Assembly: GCA_035938395.1 (NCBI GenBank)
Contig: DASZGY010000080.1
Coordinates: 1,188-65,187, forward strand
Length of the DNA: 64,000 nt
Source: Acidimicrobiia bacterium
GTDB lineage: Bacteria > Actinomycetota > Acidimicrobiia > IMCC26256 > JACDBD01
Direction of reading: 5' to 3'
Below the pieces are notes generated by a model, which saw nothing but the letters and a program-made list of their open reading frames with translations, did not search any database and was not told where the DNA came from. Position 1 is the stretch's first letter. The number at the start of each line of letters is the position of its first letter. A program made the position numbers and the translations under genes. This document shows positions 18,078-27,308 of this stretch, piece by piece.

Positions 18078-21000
18078 CCGTCGACGCCGCCGCACGCGAC
18101 GCCATCCGCGACCTCCACGATGCCACTCTTTTCGTCGAGGCCGGCGCGGGTACGGGCAAGACCACCGCGCTCGTCGAGCGGGTCGTGTCGTTGATCGCGC
18201 GCGGCCGCGTCGAGATCCGCCAGCTGGCGGCGATCACGTTCACCGAAGCCGCCGCGGGCGAGCTGCGCGACCGTATCCGCACGCGCCTCGAGCAGAGCAC
18301 GACCGACCCGGTGCTCGCCCCCGACGAACGAGAACGGTGCCGGGTGGCGCTCGAGGACGTCGATGACGCCGCGCTCTCGACGCTGCACGGCTTCGCCCAG
18401 CGGATCCTCGCCGAGCACCCCCTCGAGGCGGGGCTCCCACCCCGGTTCGAGGTGGTCGACGACGTCGAGGCGGCCGTGGGCTTCGAGGAGCGCTGGGGCG
18501 TGTTCCTCGACGCGATCGTCGCCGACCCGGAGCTCGAGCCGGTCCTGCTCCCGGCGCTGGCGCTGGGCGTCGACTTCGACCACTTGCGCCGAGTCGCACG
18601 CGTCCTGCACGAGCACTACGAGCGGCTGCGTTCCTCGTCCGCATCGGCTTCGGGGGTCGGTGCGCCGGCCCCCGCGGTCGACCTGGGGCCGGTCCTGGCG
18701 CCTCTCGAGCAGGCAGTCGCGCGGCTCGTCGACTGTGGTGTCCCGCAGGACAAGCTCTTCCAGCACATCCACGGGCTCGCCGGATGGGCCGACGTCCTGC
18801 GCGGCGCGACCGACGACCTCGACCGCCTCGACCTGCTCGGCGAGATGCCGAAGTTCGCAACGAACGTGGGGCGGCGCACGAACTGGCGCTGTCCCGTCGA
18901 GGAGGTACGAGACCTGCTCGGGCAGGCGGATGCAGCGCGCATCACGCTCGTCCGCCGGCAGCAGCAGGCGACCCTCGACGTGCTGGTTGCCCGATTGCGC
19001 GGCTTCGCGCGGGGCTACGCCGACGAGCGGCGTCGTGACGGCCGCATCGAGTTCCACGACCTGCTCGTACTGGCGCGGGACGTGCTGCAACGCAACCCGG
19101 GCGTGCGCGCCGCGCTCCGCGAGCGGTTCCGGGTCCTCCTGATCGACGAGTTCCAGGACACCGATCCCCTGCAGATCGAGATCGCCGTGCTGCTTGCGTC
19201 GGACGACCCCGACGCGGGCACGCGGCCGTGGTGGGAAGTGTCCATCGCGCCGGGCCGGGCGTTCTTCGTCGGCGACCCGAAGCAGTCGATCTACCGCTTC
19301 CGGCGGGCCGACCTGGAGCTGTACCACCGCGTCGAGCAGGAGCTGCTCGACGGCCGACAAGAGCTCACCCAGAACTTCCGGTCCGTGCCCGGGATACTCG
19401 ACTGGGTGAACCACATCTTCTCCCGCCTCTTCGACACTCACGGGGATGGTGCGCAAGCCGCGCACGTGCAGTTGGTCGCCGAGCGGGATCCCTCCCCCAC
19501 GTCGGTGCCGCCCGTCGCCACCTTCGGTGGGCCGGCCGACGTGCAGCACGTCGCCGAGGTCCGCGCCGTCGAGGCCGACGCCGTCGCCGCGCTCGCCCGA
19601 CGGATCAAGGACGACGCGTGGCAGATCGTCGACCCGGTCACCGGGGAGATTCGCCTCGCCCGGTACGACGACGTCGCCCTGCTGCTCCCGACGCGCACGG
19701 CGCTCCCCGACCTGGAGGACGCGCTCGAGCGCGCCGACGTGCCCGTCCGAATCGAGAGCCAGTCGCTCGTCTTCTCGACGGCCGAGATACGCGACTTGCT
19801 GTCCATCCTGGGCGCGCTCGACGATCCGACCGACGAGATCGCGCTGATCGCGTCACTGCGGTCGCCGGCGTTCGGCTGCGGAGACGACGAGATCTTCGAT
19901 TACTACCGCCGCGGCGGGCGGTGGGATTACCGGCGGCCCGCGCCGGACGACATGCCGCTCGACCATCCCGTTGTCGCGGCTCTTGCCGCGCTCCGGCGGC
20001 TCCACGATGCGCGCTGGTGGCAATCGGTCAGTCAGACGGTCGAGGCGATCGTGCGGGAACGCCGCATGTTGGAGCTCGCGGTCACGCACCGGCGACCGCG
20101 CGACCACTGGAGGCGCGTCCGGTTCTTCGTCGATCAGGCGCGGGCGTACGAAGCCGCCTCCGGTCGCGGGCTGCGCGGCTTCATCGAGTGGGTCCAGCAG
20201 CTGGCGGACGAGCGTGCCCGCGCCGTCGAGATCGTCGTGCCCGAGCCCGACGACGACGCGCTCCGTGTGCTCACGGTGCACGGCGCCAAGGGACTGGAGT
20301 TTCCGATCGTGATCCTCGCCGGGCTCAACGTCAGCCCGCCGAACCGCGCGACGCCCGTGCTGTGGAACCCCGACGGGACGTTCGAGGTCCGGGTCGGGCG
20401 CGTCGCGCAAGGCACCCGCTTCGAGACCGCCGGGTGGCACGACCGGTCGCAGCGCGAGGACGAGCTCGACGCCGCCGAACGGCTGCGGCTGCTCTACGTT
20501 GCGGCGACCCGCGCCCGCGACCACTTGCTCGTGAGCCTGTACCACAAGCGCACGGACCGAATCGACTGCCACGCCGCGCTGTTGTGCGAGCACGCAGATG
20601 ACGCACCCGCGGCCGTCCTCGACTTCGAGGCCGACGGTGTCGACGGCGCCCAAGGGGCGAGTTTCCCCTCGGCGCCGGGACCAGCCGACGCCGAAGCCGA
20701 AGAGGAGCCCGGCGAGCGTGACCGCTGGATCGCGGCGCGCGCCGCGCTGCTCGCCCGCGCCGGCCGTCCCGCGACCGTCGCCGCCACGACCCTCGCAAAG
20801 GAGCCTTCGGCCCCGGCGGATCCCGGCCCCGAGGCCGGGGTCGAGAAGGACGAGCCCGTCGACGACCGGCCCGCCTGGCGGCGGGGGCGCGCGGGCACGT
20901 CGGTGGGGCGGGCCGTGCACGCCGTCCTCCAGACCGTCGACCTCGCCACCGGCGACGGTCTCGACAACACCGCCCGAGCGCAGGCGCTCGCCGAGGGGAT

Positions 21001-21412
21001 CCCCCAGCGGGAGGCGGAGATCCGGGCCCTGGCTCGCAGCGTCCTCCAGTCGAGCACGGTGCGCGGCGCGGTCACGGGAGGCCGCTATTGGCGCGAGGTT
21101 CCCGTCGCCGCCGTCGTCGACGGCGTCACGGTCGAGGGCTTCGTCGACCTGCTGATCGAGACGCTGGAGGGACTCGTCGTCGTGGATTACAAGACCGACC
21201 AGGCCCCGACCGACGACGAGCTCGACGCCGCCATGGAGCGGTACCGCGCCCAGGGCGCCGCGTACGCCCTCGCGCTCGAGCGTGCGCTCGGCACGCCGGT
21301 CGCGCGATGCCTCTTCGTGTTCGCCCGCCGGCGCCGTGCCGTCGAGCGCGAGGTCGACGACCTACCGGCGGCGATCGCCGCCGTCGAGCGGCGCGTGGCT
21401 GAACTGTCGTGA
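18074..21412 (+). CDS. adnB: AdnB/AddA-type UvrD-family helicase with C-terminal RecB nuclease
   Basis: Walker A AGAGTGKTT, DEFQDT motif II, further SF1 motifs (VGDPKQSIYRFRRA, TVHGAKGLEF, LLYVAATRAR), and a C-terminal VVVDYKTD nuclease motif. GTG 18074 overlaps the adnA stop (GTGA). Confidence 0.9.
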   Translation: MTVDAAARDAIRDLHDATLFVEAGAGTGKTTALVERVVSLIARGRVEIRQLAAITFTEAAAGELRDRIRTRLEQSTTDPVLAPDERERCRVALEDVDDAALSTLHGFAQRILAEHPLEAGLPPRFEVVDDVEAAVGFEERWGVFLDAIVADPELEPVLLPALALGVDFDHLRRVARVLHEHYERLRSSSASASGVGAPAPAVDLGPVLAPLEQAVARLVDCGVPQDKLFQHIHGLAGWADVLRGATDDLDRLDLLGEMPKFATNVGRRTNWRCPVEEVRDLLGQADAARITLVRRQQQATLDVLVARLRGFARGYADERRRDGRIEFHDLLVLARDVLQRNPGVRAALRERFRVLLIDEFQDTDPLQIEIAVLLASDDPDAGTRPWWEVSIAPGRAFFVGDPKQSIYRFRRADLELYHRVEQELLDGRQELTQNFRSVPGILDWVNHIFSRLFDTHGDGAQAAHVQLVAERDPSPTSVPPVATFGGPADVQHVAEVRAVEADAVAALARRIKDDAWQIVDPVTGEIRLARYDDVALLLPTRTALPDLEDALERADVPVRIESQSLVFSTAEIRDLLSILGALDDPTDEIALIASLRSPAFGCGDDEIFDYYRRGGRWDYRRPAPDDMPLDHPVVAALAALRRLHDARWWQSVSQTVEAIVRERRMLELAVTHRRPRDHWRRVRFFVDQARAYEAASGRGLRGFIEWVQQLADERARAVEIVVPEPDDDALRVLTVHGAKGLEFPIVILAGLNVSPPNRATPVLWNPDGTFEVRVGRVAQGTRFETAGWHDRSQREDELDAAERLRLLYVAATRARDHLLVSLYHKRTDRIDCHAALLCEHADDAPAAVLDFEADGVDGAQGASFPSAPGPADAEAEEEPGERDRWIAARAALLARAGRPATVAATTLAKEPSAPADPGPEAGVEKDEPVDDRPAWRRGRAGTSVGRAVHAVLQTVDLATGDGLDNTARAQALAEGIPQREAEIRALARSVLQSSTVRGAVTGGRYWREVPVAAVVDGVTVEGFVDLLIETLEGLVVVDYKTDQAPTDDELDAAMERYRAQGAAYALALERALGTPVARCLFVFARRRRAVEREVDDLPAAIAAVERRVAELS

Positions 21413-21417
21413 CGCGC

Positions 21418-21446
21418 CGCGGCCCGGGGCGAGGCCCCGGGCCGCG
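21418..21446. terminator. perfect 13-bp GC hairpin between convergent genes
   Basis: cgcggcccggggc-gag-gccccgggccgcg. It lies 6 bp after the adnB stop and 27 bp from the protease stop. Confidence 0.6.
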
Positions 21447-21472
21447 ATCACGTGCTTCTCAGCCCGCTTTGG

Positions 21473-22336
21473 TCAGAGCCCGAGCGAAGCGAGCAGGTTC
21501 GCTGCCAGGTTCGGGTTGAACGGCTGCGTTCCCAGTGCCAGCTGGGCGCCGAGCGACGAGTGCGCGTTCATGTAGCTGATCTCGCGACTGACGTCACCGA
21601 CGCCGTTCGAGCCGGCGACCGGCGCGATCTGGACGGTGCTGAGGATGCCCAGCGCGGCGCCGGTCGAGTTGAGGAACGCGCTCCCGGAGTCGCCGGGGAT
21701 CCCGGGCGACGCGGTGTACACGTTGTGGCTCCAGCCGCCACCGGCGTCACCGAGGCTGACGCCTTGCTTGGGGCTCAGCTGGCTGACACCGCCGCGCAGC
21801 TCGGAGTTCCCGTACGAGTACACGTTCTCGCCCTGGACCGTGCCGTTGTTGTCGATGCCGTTCGGGCCGCCCCAGAACGGGATCGACGGGTTGACCTTCC
21901 CGAAGTCGGCGGGATTCAACTTGATCAACGCCAGGTCGTTGAACTGGCAGGTGTTGGCGTCGGCCTCGCCCAGCCCCTGCATCGTCAGCCAGGAGTTGTA
22001 GACCATGGTGCCCGGCTGGGACGCGCCGGTCACCTGCACCTGTGTGCCGATGGGCAACGAGCCCGACGTGCAACCGTTCGTCGCCGTGTTGCCCCCGGTG
22101 CCCGAGCAATGGGCCGCCTGGCCGATGTACACGGTGTTCGAGGCGTCGAAGAAGATGAAGTTCGCCGTGCACTGAGCCCCGGCCGTGAAGGTCTGGACGC
22201 CGGGGTGGATCGGTGCCGTCGCGGCCGGCGCCCAGGTGGGCGCAGCGCTCGCGGAGGGCGCTTCGGCCGCCACCAACGGCAGGGCGACGGTCGCGCACGC
22301 GACCGCGGCGGCGAAGACGCGGGCCAGCAGTTTCAT
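21473..22336 (-). CDS. secreted S1-family (chymotrypsin/streptogrisin-like) serine protease
   Basis: Signal peptide MKLLARVFAAAVACATVALPLVAA. Catalytic His in GQAAHCSG, Asp in NDLALIKL, Ser in PGDSGSAF. AAGGAGGA ribosome-binding site upstream. Confidence 0.85.
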   Translation of the reverse strand: MKLLARVFAAAVACATVALPLVAAEAPSASAAPTWAPAATAPIHPGVQTFTAGAQCTANFIFFDASNTVYIGQAAHCSGTGGNTATNGCTSGSLPIGTQVQVTGASQPGTMVYNSWLTMQGLGEADANTCQFNDLALIKLNPADFGKVNPSIPFWGGPNGIDNNGTVQGENVYSYGNSELRGGVSQLSPKQGVSLGDAGGGWSHNVYTASPGIPGDSGSAFLNSTGAALGILSTVQIAPVAGSNGVGDVSREISYMNAHSSLGAQLALGTQPFNPNLAANLLASLGL

Positions 22337-22546
22337 GGGGAGGTCCTCCTTGGGTCGGTCCGCATGCCCGATATCGGCGATTCGGGAGCATAACGCCCAT
22401 CTCGGACCGAATGCACGCTCCCTGGCGAGTCTTCGTCGACTCCCTGGCGGACCTCCGTCCGCAGGATGACGCAGCCGTCGGGCGGCATCCTCGGGGCTCC
22501 CGGCCGAGCCGCCGCGCGCGCCGTGGTGCGCGACGACCCCTGAGTC

Positions 22547-23350
22547 CTACGCGAGCACGTCCTTGCTGGTGAAGCGCGACCACGCCGCGGCCGCGAACAC
22601 GACGACGGTCACCCCCTGGACCAGGAGGTTCAGCAGGATCTGGTTCCAGTACACGGGCGAACGGAGGACGTCGCCGAACGACAGCCAGTAGTGCGTGAGC
22701 AGGAACGGCTGCAGCCACGACAGCGCCGGCACGGCGTTGAGCACGCCGCTGAGCACGGCTACCCCGACGGTCCCGGCCATTGCGCCGACGGGCGCGTCCG
22801 TGAGCGTCGAGATGAACATGCCGATGGCGGCCAGGCCGAGCAGCGACAGCGCGACCAACACCGCGGCGAGGCCGATCCGCAACGTGCCCGCGGCCAGCGA
22901 CAACGTGTCGCCGGACAGGGTCGTGACGTCCCCGATCGGGAAGAGGATGGAGCCTGCGATCAGTCCGGCGATCGCGACGGCGAAGGTGGCGACGAAGCAG
23001 AAGATGGTCACGGTCGTCGCCTTGATGACGAGCAGCCGTGTCCGACCGACCGGACGAGAGAGCAGGTATCGCAGCGTGCCGAGGTTCGCCTCCCCTGCCA
23101 CCGCGTCACCGGCGACGATGGCGACCGCGAGGGGAAGGAAGAACGGCAGCGTGACCGTGAGGCCGACGAGGGCGGCGAAGACTCCGTTGTTCGTGATCTG
23201 GTCGAAGAAGCGCGGTCCCGATCCCGGGCTCGGACCCTCGCCCGAGAGACGCACCGCGACCGCGACCGCGATCGGCACGGCCGCGAGCACGAGCAGCAAC
23301 ACACGTGTGCGGACTCGTCGGAACAGCAGTCCGATGTCAGCCAGCCACAT
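22547..23350 (-). CDS. ABC-2 type transporter permease
   Basis: 267 aa with 6 hydrophobic segments. Its start overlaps the upstream ATPase stop by 14 nt. Confidence 0.8.
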   Translation of the reverse strand: MWLADIGLLFRRVRTRVLLLVLAAVPIAVAVAVRLSGEGPSPGSGPRFFDQITNNGVFAALVGLTVTLPFFLPLAVAIVAGDAVAGEANLGTLRYLLSRPVGRTRLLVIKATTVTIFCFVATFAVAIAGLIAGSILFPIGDVTTLSGDTLSLAAGTLRIGLAAVLVALSLLGLAAIGMFISTLTDAPVGAMAGTVGVAVLSGVLNAVPALSWLQPFLLTHYWLSFGDVLRSPVYWNQILLNLLVQGVTVVVFAAAAWSRFTSKDVLA

Positions 23351-24269
23351 CGAATCCCTCTCCGGTCAGCGCCACGAATGCATCTTCGAGGCTGCGGCGG
23401 TCGGTCGTCAGGCTGCGGACGCCCACGCCCGCCATCACCAGCGCCCGGTTGCACTCTTCCGGTCGTTGCCCGTCGAGCTGGGCGGAGACGACCTCACCGG
23501 TGACGACGATCGACTCCAGCCCGAGACGATCGAGCACCTGCGCGGCGTTCCCGGCGTCCTCGGTCTCGACGCGCAGCATCGCGTCGCCCCGACCGCGGAG
23601 GTCCTCGATCGAGCCCTGCGCGACGACCTTGCCCACCGAGATGATGCCGAGGTGCGTGCAGAGCTGCTCCACCTCGCTGAGGAGGTGGGTCGACAGGAAC
23701 ACGGTCGACCCTTCGGACGCCAGCTCGCGAACGAGGTTGCGGATCTCGCGCGTCCCTTGCGGGTCCATGCCGTTCGTCGGCTCGTCGAGGACGAGCAGGC
23801 TCCGGGGCCGGAGGAGCGCGGCCGCGAGACCCAGGCGCTGCTTCATACCGAGTGAGTAGGCGCGGTACCGCTTGGTCGCAGCGGCGGCGAGCCCGACCTT
23901 GGTCAGGGCGTCGTCGATGCGCGCGGCGCGCGTCTTGCGCTGGCCGTCGGGCCCGGCGGCGTCGATACGCCGCAGGTTCTGACGGCCGGTGAGCCAGGGA
24001 TAGAACGCCGGCCCCTCGACGAGGGCCCCGACCTGTGGGAGCACCCGTGAGCTGGCGGCGGGCATCGTCTCCCCCAGGAGACGGAACGACCCTGCGGTGG
24101 GCCAGATCAGCCCGAGCAGCATGCGGATCGTCGTGGTCTTGCCCGACCCGTTGGGCCCGAGGAACCCGTACACACTGCCCCGCGGCACGGCGAGATCGAC
24201 CTGGTCCACGACCGCGGTGTGGCCGAGACGCTTCGTCAGCCCGGTGGTCTCGATCGCGAGGTCGCTCAT
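23337..24269 (-). CDS. ABC transporter ATP-binding protein
   Basis: Walker A GPNGSGKTT, signature YSLGMKQR, Walker B LLVLDEPTNGMD. Trimmed from track ORF 23337..25118 to the ATG at 24269, which overlaps the upstream stop (ATGA). Confidence 0.9.
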   Translation of the reverse strand: MSDLAIETTGLTKRLGHTAVVDQVDLAVPRGSVYGFLGPNGSGKTTTIRMLLGLIWPTAGSFRLLGETMPAASSRVLPQVGALVEGPAFYPWLTGRQNLRRIDAAGPDGQRKTRAARIDDALTKVGLAAAATKRYRAYSLGMKQRLGLAAALLRPRSLLVLDEPTNGMDPQGTREIRNLVRELASEGSTVFLSTHLLSEVEQLCTHLGIISVGKVVAQGSIEDLRGRGDAMLRVETEDAGNAAQVLDRLGLESIVVTGEVVSAQLDGQRPEECNRALVMAGVGVRSLTTDRRSLEDAFVALTGEGFDVAG

Positions 24270-25411
24270 GTCGTCGATGCGATCTGCGTGGCGGCGGACT
24301 CGAGCCCGTTCGGCGTCACCGCGCCCGCCACCATGCGGCCGTTGTCCAGGATGAGCAGGCTGAAGACGGGTGTCTCCAAGAGCCGCCCGGTGCCGTACGG
24401 GCCACTGACCGCCTTGGCGGTGCGCCCGAGGTTCTCCAATCGCCATCCGCTGAGGCCGGGCAGCGCGACGACCTCGTCCCAGCCGTCCCCTACGGTCGCG
24501 AGCCGGAGCAGCGTCTGGTCGACGCCCTTGACGGACTGCACGTCCTCGACGGTTCGCGCTCGGTCGCGTTGCTGCCGCTCGTTGTTCGAGAAATTCGGTG
24601 TGGCGATCACGTTGGCGCCGTCCGCGACCTTCGCCTCCGGCGGCGCCTGGAACGCGAGGTTCGACGCGGCCGGACGTTTGAAGTCGATCGAGGTGAACTT
24701 GCTCTCGATCGCGACGGTCCCGCTGCGTGTGTGCACCGCCACCTTCAACGGCACGCCGTTGGCGGCGTCGACGCCGATCACGATCTCGGTGACGAGCGAC
24801 GTCGGCGTGTCCGGGATCAACGCCAGCTGGTAGACGGGGCGATCGGCGACGTACGTCGGCTCGCGGAGCGCCAGTCGAGTCGCCTGCGTCCGCAGCGGCA
24901 GGAATCGCGCCGCCATCCCGTCCGGCGACTCGATGGAAGCACCACCCGCGAGCGCGGAGATCAGCCCCGTCGCGTCGGGGGCGGGGGCCGGGTTCTGCAC
25001 CCTCGTCACGCGGGAACTGCGACTGTGCCAGACGTAGGTGAGGTCGCCGTTGCGGTACCAGTCGGTCTCCTCGAGCTGTTGCAGGAGCGCGATACGGCGC
25101 TGGCTCCCGTCCTGCCACAAGCGAGCGTCGTTGCTCCCCGCCGCCAGGCCCACGAGGGACCCGCCGCTGTCTCCCGACGTGCTCCCGAAGTCGCCCAACC
25201 CGAGGTTGGTGCTCATCTCGAGGAAGCCGGACCTCGGTTCCGGATGGGGGCTCGCCGCCCAGTCCGCGACTTCGGCCGGCGTCCGTGCCGGCAGCGCGGG
25301 CGCGGCGCGAGCCTCGAGCCGGTCACGAACCGAGTATCCCGCCCAGAGCAGGCCCACGAGCGCGACCGGCACGACATAACGCCATTTCCGCGTCCTCGAC
25401 CGGGCCACCAC
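24266..25411 (-). CDS. membrane-anchored LolA/RseB-like (DUF2092-type) protein
   Basis: N-terminal anchor RYVVPVALVGLLWAGY, then a roughly 350-aa beta-rich ectodomain. It sits first in an operon with an ABC ATPase and an ABC-2 permease. The family call is from memory of similar actinobacterial operons and is tentative. Confidence 0.5.
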   Translation of the reverse strand: MVARSRTRKWRYVVPVALVGLLWAGYSVRDRLEARAAPALPARTPAEVADWAASPHPEPRSGFLEMSTNLGLGDFGSTSGDSGGSLVGLAAGSNDARLWQDGSQRRIALLQQLEETDWYRNGDLTYVWHSRSSRVTRVQNPAPAPDATGLISALAGGASIESPDGMAARFLPLRTQATRLALREPTYVADRPVYQLALIPDTPTSLVTEIVIGVDAANGVPLKVAVHTRSGTVAIESKFTSIDFKRPAASNLAFQAPPEAKVADGANVIATPNFSNNERQQRDRARTVEDVQSVKGVDQTLLRLATVGDGWDEVVALPGLSGWRLENLGRTAKAVSGPYGTGRLLETPVFSLLILDNGRMVAGAVTPNGLESAATQIASTT

Positions 25412-25492
25412 CGCTCCAGGTTATGACCGTCATCACGCCATCGGAACGCGGTCGCCACTCGCTGTGCGTCCGCTGAGAGCCGGCAGGGCCGC

Positions 25493-26143
25493 TCACCTGT
25501 CGGGCGCCCGCCCTTGCTGCGCGCCCAGTCGGGCGGCGTACACCGCAGCTTGGGTGCGGCGCTCCATGCCGAGCTTCGAGAGCAGATTCGACACGTAGTT
25601 CTTCACCGTCTTCTCGGCGAGATGCACCTGCTCGGCGATCTGACGGTTCGTGAGCCCGTCGGCGATCAGCCGCAGGATGTTCCGCTCTTGCGGGCTCAGG
25701 CGGGCGAGCAGCTCGTCTTCCTCGGAGCCGCTGCGGAGCCGCTCCAGGACCCGGGCCGTCACCGACGGATCGAGGAGCGACCGGCCGCTCGCGACGGCGC
25801 GCACGGCCTCGACGACGTCCGCGCCCTTGATCTGCTTGAGGACATACCCGGACGCGCCCGCCATGATCGCCTGGAAGAGCGCTTCGTCATCCGCGAACGA
25901 CGTGAGCATGAGGCACTGGATCTCGGGATGAGCCGAACGGATCTCTCGACAGACCTGCACGCCGTCACCATCGGGCAGACGGACGTCGAGCACCGCGACA
26001 TCGGGACGCGTCGGCGGGATGCGCGCCAGCGCCTCGGCCGCGGTTCCGGCCTCACCCACCACTTCGAGGTCGCCGTCCGCCTCGAGGAGCTCCTTGACGC
26101 CGCGCCGGACGATCTCGTGGTCGTCGAGGAGGAACACCCGCAC
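25493..26143 (-). CDS. DevR/DosR-like NarL-family response regulator
   Basis: VRVFLLDDHEIVRRG...RPDVAVLDVRLPDGDG...AGASGYVLK...LTNRQIAEQVHLAEKTVKNYVSNLLSKLGMERRTQAAV aligns by eye along its full length with my recollection of M. tuberculosis DosR. Start placed at GTG 26143 (track start 26155). Confidence 0.9.
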   Translation of the reverse strand: MRVFLLDDHEIVRRGVKELLEADGDLEVVGEAGTAAEALARIPPTRPDVAVLDVRLPDGDGVQVCREIRSAHPEIQCLMLTSFADDEALFQAIMAGASGYVLKQIKGADVVEAVRAVASGRSLLDPSVTARVLERLRSGSEEDELLARLSPQERNILRLIADGLTNRQIAEQVHLAEKTVKNYVSNLLSKLGMERRTQAAVYAARLGAQQGRAPDR

Positions 26144-26176
26144 CGCATTGCCCACGCTTCACCCCAGGATCAGAAT

Positions 26177-27298
26177 GTGCCCTTGCCCTTCAGCAAGATC
26201 AACCCACACATCCAGCAGCTGCTCGATGCGATCACGAGTATCGGGACCGATCTGAGCCTACCGATCGTCCTGCAGCGGATCGTCGAGTCCGCCTGCTCGC
26301 TCGTCTCGGCCAACTACGGCGCGCTCGGCGTCATCGGCGACGACCAGCTTCTCAGTGAGTTCATCACCGTCGGCATCGACCCCGAGCGCTATGCCGCCAT
26401 CGGTCACCTGCCCGACGGGCACGGGATCCTCGGCCTCCTCATCGTCGATCCACGGCCGTTGCGCCTGCGCGACCTCGGCGCCCACGAGCAGTCGTACGGC
26501 TTCCCCGAGCACCATCCCGACATGCGCTCGTTCCTCGGCGTGCCGGTCCGCGTGCGAGACGCCGTGTTCGGGAACCTGTACCTGTGCGACAAGCGGGGCG
26601 CAGACGAGTTCAGCGAGGAAGACGAGGCCCTCGCGGTCGCCCTGGCGGCCGCCGCCGGCGTGGCGATCGAGAACGCGCGGCTGATGCAACGGACGGAAGA
26701 GGTCGCCGTCCTCGGAGACCGCGAGCGAATCGCCCGCGACCTCCACGACAAGGTCATCCAACGCCTCTTCGCGACCGGCATGACGCTCCAGACGGTGCTG
26801 CCGGTCACAGGCCGCGACGACCTGACTACGCGAATCAACGACGCCGTCGACGAGCTCGACGTGACCATTCGTGAGATCCGAAGCACGATCTTCGCGCTGC
26901 AAACACCCGTGCAGCGTGGGCTTCGCGTCTCGATCTTCGCCTTGATCGACGGAGCGCGAGAGGTGCTCGGGTTCTCGCCCGAGCTGCACATGACCGGGCC
27001 GATCGACACGCTCGTCTCCGAGAAGGCCGCCGAGCACCTGCTCTCCGTCCTGCAAGAGGCGCTGTCCAATGTGGCCCAGCACGCCGGCGCGTCACATGTG
27101 AACGTCACCGTCGAAGTGGGTATGGACGTCGTCGTCCGAGTGACCGACAACGGCAAGGGCATCCCGACCCCGCACGAGAACGGTCGCGGGCTGCATAACC
27201 TCGAGCACCGGGCAGCCGCCATGGGCGGGGTCCTGTCCGTGTCGGGTGTAGAGGCCGGGGGCACCATCGTCGAGTGGCGGGTGCCGGTCACAGCGTGA
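26177..27298 (+). CDS. GAF-domain sensor histidine kinase (DosS/DosT-like, single GAF)
   Basis: One GAF domain (SANYGALGVIG...FLGVPVRVRDAVFGNLYLCDK), a HisKA_3 H-box (RERIARDLHDKVIQRLFATG), and an HATPase N-box (LQEALSNVAQHA). The first in-frame start after the divergent regulator is GTG 26177. Confidence 0.85.
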   Translation: MPLPFSKINPHIQQLLDAITSIGTDLSLPIVLQRIVESACSLVSANYGALGVIGDDQLLSEFITVGIDPERYAAIGHLPDGHGILGLLIVDPRPLRLRDLGAHEQSYGFPEHHPDMRSFLGVPVRVRDAVFGNLYLCDKRGADEFSEEDEALAVALAAAAGVAIENARLMQRTEEVAVLGDRERIARDLHDKVIQRLFATGMTLQTVLPVTGRDDLTTRINDAVDELDVTIREIRSTIFALQTPVQRGLRVSIFALIDGAREVLGFSPELHMTGPIDTLVSEKAAEHLLSVLQEALSNVAQHAGASHVNVTVEVGMDVVVRVTDNGKGIPTPHENGRGLHNLEHRAAAMGGVLSVSGVEAGGTIVEWRVPVTA

Positions 27299-27308
27299 GC
27301 GGGGTCCG

